Shown here one piece after another: positions 20,231-25,341 of a stretch of 25,341 nucleotides of DNA (position 1 is the stretch's first letter; each line of letters opens with the position of its first letter). The stretch covers positions 1 to 25,341 of the forward strand of contig NW_021836083.1 in the NCBI RefSeq assembly GCF_006345805.1, given 5' to 3'. The DNA comes from Octopus sinensis. Lineage: Eukaryota. The position numbers and the translations under genes were made by a program. The notes under the pieces are model-generated. The model saw only the letters and a program-made list of their open reading frames with translations. It was not told the DNA's origin and did no database searches.

Positions 20231-20262
20231 GATATACGAGTATTATTCACATTATAAACCTT

Positions 20263-20505
20263 GTGGATGCGGGGCCTTGTGGTTAGAGTCTTTCACTCAT
20301 GACCTAGCGATCGTGATTTCAATTCCTAGACCGGGTGGTGCGTTGTGATCTCAAGTTGCTCTGCGATCACTTCGACACCTGACGTACGGTACACCCTGCA
20401 CCTATTCAAACAACGTCGATTTGATAGAGAGCGTGAGCTAACGTGTGGCACATACATTTGATCGCAATAAACAAATCATCTGTGGAGGTCGTTCGGCAAA
20501 AGCTG
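20263..20505 (+). mobile_element. SINE family D
   Basis: tRNA-like head GTGGATGCGGGGCCTTGTGGTTAGAG...GATTTCAATTCC. The body matches the 18360 copy. Confidence 0.75.
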
Positions 20506-21029
20506 AACGTTCAGACGTCGTCTTCGACGGGAGAGTCCATCATAAACCTTGCTGCATATTTTTTTAAATACATTATAGAAACAGACATATCCTATTCCTC
20601 TCAAGGTGTGTCGATAGTCTGTTTCTGTCAGAGAGAGGAGAGGTGAAAGGAGAATGAAAAGAAGATGAATTCGGTGATGTGGGGTGGTGATAATGATGAA
20701 AAGGAAGATAGATAGATGAACTGACAGACAGACCGACAGATAGATATACAGACAGACAGACAGACAGACTAGCAATATTTTCTAGTCAATTTAAAATGGC
20801 TGAACAACTGTGGTATTGCTAAATGAATGTATTCATATCGACACAGCACACACACTTTTGTTGCATAGCTCAACATGATTCTTTATGCAGTTCTACAATA
20901 TATGTAACTCAGGAAAACACACACATAACTTCTTAGCCAATAAACCTACATAACATTAAATGCGAACGTGTAAATACGTAAAAGACTACAAGAGAACTGG
21001 AAAAGAATTTAAAAGGATTAAATAGTCGT

Positions 21030-21175
21030 AGTCATGGCTGTGTGATGGAGAAATTCGCTTGGCAGTCACGTGGTTCCGGTTTGTTCATGTCGCACTGTGG
21101 TAATATCTTCTACAACAAGCTTCGTGTTCACAAATGCTTTGTGGTTTGAATTCGCCAGACGGAAGCCGAGTGTAA
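21030..21175 (+). mobile_element. Diverged SINE family A 5' half
   Basis: ATGGCTGTGTG...CACGTGGTTCCGG...TCTTCTAC...CAGACGGAAGC. Confidence 0.55.
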
Positions 21176-21199
21176 GTTAGCGATGTGTGTTAATGTATG

Positions 21200-21600
21200 A
21201 TTTGTATGTATGTATTTGTGTATGTATGTATGTATGTATGAATGTATGTATGTATGTATGTATGTATGTATGCAGCAAGTATGTAGTATGTATGTATGTA
21301 TTTATTATGTATGTATTATGTATATATGTATGCATGAATGTATTTACGCACGTATGTATGAATCAATGGAAGGATAGATGCATGTGTGCATACATGCATA
21401 TATGTGCGTATGGATGCTATATGTATGTACGCATACATATACGTCTATTTGTCTAGGAGTGGCTATATATAAGTATGTATGTCGGTATACAGGTATGTAT
21501 TTATGCTTAATGCATATATTTGCGTGTGTACAATTTATATATGTACATATTTTATGTGCATATATTTATGTATAGGTATATATAGATATAAAGAGCGATT
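21200..21600. repeat. (ATGT)n-rich low-complexity tract
   Basis: Seen directly. Confidence 0.9.
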
Positions 21601-21611
21601 GATAGATAGAT

Positions 21612-21757
21612 ATTCTTTTATTCTTTTATTTGTTTCAGTCATTTTATTGCGGCCATGCTGGAGCACCCCAGGACTTTTTTTTTTGTAAGCCTAGTACTTA
21701 TTCTTTCGGTCGCTTTTGCCTAACCGTAAAGTTACGAGTACGCTAACACACCAGCAT
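21612..21757 (-). mobile_element. SINE family A 3' half with a ~23-bp internal deletion
   Basis: TTTCAGTCATTTTATTGCGGCCATGCTGGAGCACC|CCAGGACT...GTAAGCCTAGTACTTATTC...CACACCAGCATC. Confidence 0.8.
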
Positions 21758-21835
21758 CATACGACCATAGATCATCATCGTTTAACGTGCGCTTTCTATG
21801 CTGGCAACACACATATATATAATATTATATATATT

Positions 21836-21900
<65 letters not shown>

Positions 21901-21917
21901 GCATATGTATGTATACT

Positions 21918-22446
21918 ATAAAATGTAAGCACAACAGACCTGATAAAATGATTTGGGATAGAGAAGAAAAACTGTGTACAGTTGTGGAAATTAGCTGCCC
22001 AGCCGATGCTAACATAAAACTGAAGATCAGTGGAAAAGAGAACACCTATGCTGAACTATTGAAAAATCTGCAGTTACTCTATCCAGATTACAAGTTCAGG
22101 TTTATACCTGTAATTATCGAAACCCTGGGATGTGTAACACACTGCCTAAATACCAATCTGGAGAAATTAGGCTTCTCAAAACCAGATAGGAGAACGCTAA
22201 TTCGAAGACTACAGATCCAGTCCATCACTAGAACTGCAAAAATCTGTAAAACTTTCCTGAAGTTTAGCATTTAAATATATATTAAATGTCTAGATATGCA
22301 ACTATATGCATGAGAATACATGCATAAAACATACAAATCTACACATGTACATACAAACATAAACACACATACCTACATACATACATACATACATACATAC
22401 ATACATACATACATACATACATACATACATACATACATACATACAT
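21918..22446 (+). mobile_element. 5'-truncated RLE-type (R4/Dong-like) non-LTR retrotransposon: endonuclease domain, 3' UTR and (ATAC)n tail
   Basis: KHNRPDKMIWD...VVEISCPAD...KENTY...FIPVIIETLG fits the PD..(D/E)..K restriction-like endonuclease C-terminus of R2/R4/NeSL elements. Stop at 22272-22274, ~100-bp UTR, then (ATAC)n. Confidence 0.8.
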
Positions 22447-22496
22447 TTACAATGCTCTCCGCAGAAAGGTTTGCCCTGACGTATACATTAAAAGCA

Positions 22497-22583
22497 TGTG
22501 TTTTCTACTATAGCCTCGGGTCGACCAAAGCCTTGTGAGTGGATTTGGTAGACGGAAACTGAAAGAAGCCCGTCGTATATATG

Positions 22584-22663
<80 letters not shown>

Positions 22664-22884
22664 TGTGTGTCTGTGTTTGTCCCCTCCAACATCGCTTGAC
22701 AACCGATGCTGGTGTGTTTACGCCACCGTAACTTAGGGGTTCAGCAAAAAAGACCGACAGAATAAGTACAAGGCTTACAAAGAATAAGTCCTGGGATCGA
22801 GTTGCTCGACTAAAGGCGGTGCTCCACCATGGCCGCAGTCAAATGACTGAAACAAGTAAAATAGTAAAGAGAGAGTAAAAGAGT
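22497..22884 (+). mobile_element. SINE family A, 5'-truncated and well conserved
   Basis: TTCTACTATAGCCTCGGGTCGACCAAAGCCTTGTGAG...GGCCGCAGTCAAATGACTGAAACAAGTAAA...GAGTAAAAGAGTA. Confidence 0.92.
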
Positions 22885-23345
22885 ATACCTACAAATTTGC
22901 ACAAAAACCTAGAAATCGTAGGTTTTCCGAAGATAGTGCAAAAGTGAGTGACGCAACTTCTCCAAATCCAATTTGTTAGTACTTACTGAAGATTTGTAAG
23001 ACATTTCAAAGGTTCTCCATGTGAAATTCTTTAGGTGGAATAGATGCAGACACTTGGGTGTGAGCAACATCAGCTCAACCAACACACCATCTCAACCACA
23101 TGTTTATAAACATCGGGAACTCTTTTGGCCCAAAATGTCTTGTCTCTTTGTTAGCGACCGGTTTGAACTCTCTCAATAAGAATTCGAATAAAACTCAGAC
23201 AAAAATCATACACACAAACAAATACACACACACACACACACGCACACGTGTGCATGCATATTAGGATGTCCAAACGTCTACCTTTGAGCACACTGTCCTC
23301 CATACGACGACAACTCGATGTGCAAAACTTATACGTAATCCCGTC

Positions 23346-23526
23346 TTATTTTGGCACAAAGCTGGCAATTTTGGATCGTGTGGAAGTCGATGTGTTTACG
23401 TCTCCGAAAGCTAGCGGTTCGGCAAAAGAGACCCGATAGAATGAGTACTAGGCTTACAAGGAATAAGTCCTGCGGTCGATTCGTTCGACTAAAGGCGGTG
23501 CTCCAGCATGGCTGCAGTCAAATGAC
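23346..23526. mobile_element. Chimera of a SINE B 3' tail (minus, 23346-23390) and a SINE A 3' half (plus, 23391-23526)
   Basis: TTTTGGCACAAAGCTGGCAATTTTGG...AAGTCGA|TGTGTTTACGTC...GCGGTTCGGCAAAAGAGACC. Confidence 0.75.
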
Positions 23527-23611
23527 AAAAGATATTAGGATTTGAATAAAATAATTATTAAGATATTTTGTGTATTGTAGAGATATCAACAATTTATTAT
23601 CTTTTAAATTA

Positions 23612-24000
23612 TTCCTGTTTCAGTTATTAGACTGCGGCCATACTGGGACATCGCCTTCAAGAACTTGTCGAATGAATCGAATTTATTTTTAAAGCCGCGT
23701 ACTTAGTTTATCAGTCTCTTTTTGCTGAACCACGACGTTACGGGGACGCAAACAAACCAACACCAGTTGTCCAGTGGTAGTAGGAGACAAATACACACAC
23801 ATACACACACACACACACACACGCACGCACACTCATGACGGGTTTCTTTTCAGTTTCCGTCTACCAAATCCACTCACAAGGCTTTGGTCAGCCCGAGGCT
23901 ATTAGTAGAAGACACTTGCCTAAGGTGCTACGCTGTGAGGCTGAACCTGGAACCACGTGGTTGGGAAGCAAGCTTCGAACCACACAGCCACTCCAGCGCC
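23612..24000 (-). mobile_element. SINE family A, full length
   Basis: The minus strand starts GGCGCTGGAGTGGCTGTGTGG and runs through to GACTGCGGCC/CAGT. Confidence 0.9.
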
Positions 24001-24238
24001 TATATATATATATATATATATACATATACATATGTAAATATACATAATATATATATATATATATATACATATACTATGTAAATATACTATTATATATATA
24101 TATATATACATATAATATGTACATATACATAAATATATATATATCTACATATTACATATACAAATATATATATAAAGTACTATATATATCTATATAATAT
24201 ATATTATATATATATATAAATATATATATTATATATAT

Positions 24239-24287
<49 letters not shown>

Positions 24288-24332
24288 TATGTACACATAT
24301 ACATACATATATATATATATATATTATATATA
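24001..24332. repeat. (TA)n-rich tract
   Basis: Seen directly. Confidence 0.95.
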
Positions 24333-24500
24333 ATTACAGAATGAGATAAAAATCCAAGGCTGTGAAAGATATCAGAACATTTATAAATAAGTCTTACAGC
24401 TGTTTCCGGGATATTTTATATATTCCTTCATCGGAGACGGCGTGAGAAAATAGTTAAACAACAGTTATTCTAGATAAGATATGAAATAGAGAGTGAAGTG
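24333..24500 (-). mobile_element. Penelope-like terminal repeat fragment adjoining (TA)n
   Basis: Carries a minimal type-I hammerhead-like motif with a palindromic stem III, an established hallmark of PLE termini. Confidence 0.55.
24391..24438 (-). ncRNA. Degenerate minimal hammerhead ribozyme motif
   Basis: The minus strand reads GTCT CCGATGA A GGAATAT ATAAA ATATCC CG GAAA C AGCT G TA AGAC: 4-bp stem I, stem II, GAAA, palindromic stem III and a GUA site. The core has U4C. Confidence 0.6.
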
Positions 24501-24653
24501 GAGGGCTGAAAATAGACATGAGATATGCATGGATATTGTATCCTCACTCGCATAATCACCGAACCTGGAGCTTAACTATTTTGTCTTCCCATATCACTTA
24601 ATCAGCATTACCTGACACCTTGGGGTCTTATTGACATCATTACCTCTCATAAC

Positions 24654-24740
<87 letters not shown>

Positions 24741-24742
<2 letters not shown>

Positions 24743-24883
24743 CTTCTTTCTACCAAATCCACTCACAAGGCTTTGGTCGTCCTGAGCCTATAGTAGAACA
24801 CACTTGCCGATGATCCTACGCTATGGGACTGAACGTGGAACCATGTGGTTGGGAAGCAATCTTCTTACCACACAACTACGCCT
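24741..24883 (-). mobile_element. SINE family A 5' half
   Basis: GGCTTCTTTC|TACCAAATCCACTCACAAGGCTTTGGTC...CCATGTGGTTGGGAAGC...CTACGCC. Confidence 0.85.
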
Positions 24884-25140
24884 GAACCGATGGCAGATAG
24901 ATCTTAAAGCAATCTTACATGGACCTCCAACTGTCAAATTAACTTCTGTTGGGAACCACTGATTTGGGCCCTTGTAAATCCAATAATAAAATTGACTTCG
25001 ATATGAATCGAATCTTCGTTATATCTCAGAGGCAATATGTCTGAAAATTTAAAAAAATGTTTTAATTAAAAAAAAAAAGAACGGAGAAATGGGTGCAAAA
25101 AAAAAAGAATTGTTTGGTTTGGGCAGACGTCGGAGGTAAA

Positions 25141-25341
25141 CACCGCCACCACCACCAAAACCATGACCACCACAACAACCAACTACTATCTCAAACACCA
25201 GCACTACTACCACCACTACCATGACCACCACCACAACTACAACCATTACCAGCACCATCACCACTACTATCTCAAACGCCACCACCACCACCACCACCAG
25301 CACTACTACCAACACTACCATGACCACTACCACAACTACAA
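25141..25341. repeat. Imperfect (ACC/ACT)n tract with higher-order repeats
   Basis: CAGCACTACTACC..CACTACCATGACCAC..CCACAACTACAA occurs at ~25199 and ~25298. ACTACTATCTCAAAC also occurs twice. Confidence 0.85.

Noticed and set aside
24948-24961. GTTGGGAACCACTG as a hAT-type TIR
   Set aside because: It resembles CAGTGGTTCCCAAC ends, but I found no partner TIR or 8-bp TSD in the window.
25141-25341. Thr-rich mucin-like exon (or poly-Val ORF on the minus strand)
   Set aside because: The Thr phase shifts frame near 25180, there is no clear splice acceptor, and imperfect ACC/ACT tracts are common non-coding repeats.

Overview
Repeat-dense, AT-rich eukaryotic DNA. The SINE families and microsatellite types match my recollection of Octopus (coleoid cephalopod) genomic DNA; this is an inference, not a database result. 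I cannot support any intact host protein-coding gene, and most ORFs in the track are microsatellite translations. The recognisable coding sequence all belongs to decayed mobile elements: a 5'-truncated RTE/BovB-like LINE (13556-15856, minus); a rosa/Visitor-type Tc1/mariner transposon with TIRs (16063-17352, plus) nested in the 5' UTR of a separate mariner remnant (15857-17500, minus); an L1/Tx1-like ORF2 C-terminus (7031-7558, minus); and a restriction-like-endonuclease (R4/Dong-like) LINE C-terminus (21918-22446, plus). Around these lie about 25 copies or fragments of four tRNA-derived SINE families (my labels A-D), a Helitron/DINE-1-like element, a 344-bp foldback and Penelope-like termini with hammerhead-like motifs. 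The most interesting signals are: elements sitting inside specific microsatellites ((GATA)n, (AAT)n, (TA)n); a same-strand chain of retroelements linked by (AAT)n; a SINE dimer bounded by one 18-bp TSD whose tail matches the Tx1 3' end; and minimal hammerhead-like motifs with non-canonical cores. Boundaries of diverged repeats are approximate (about +/-10-20 bp) and were read by eye.
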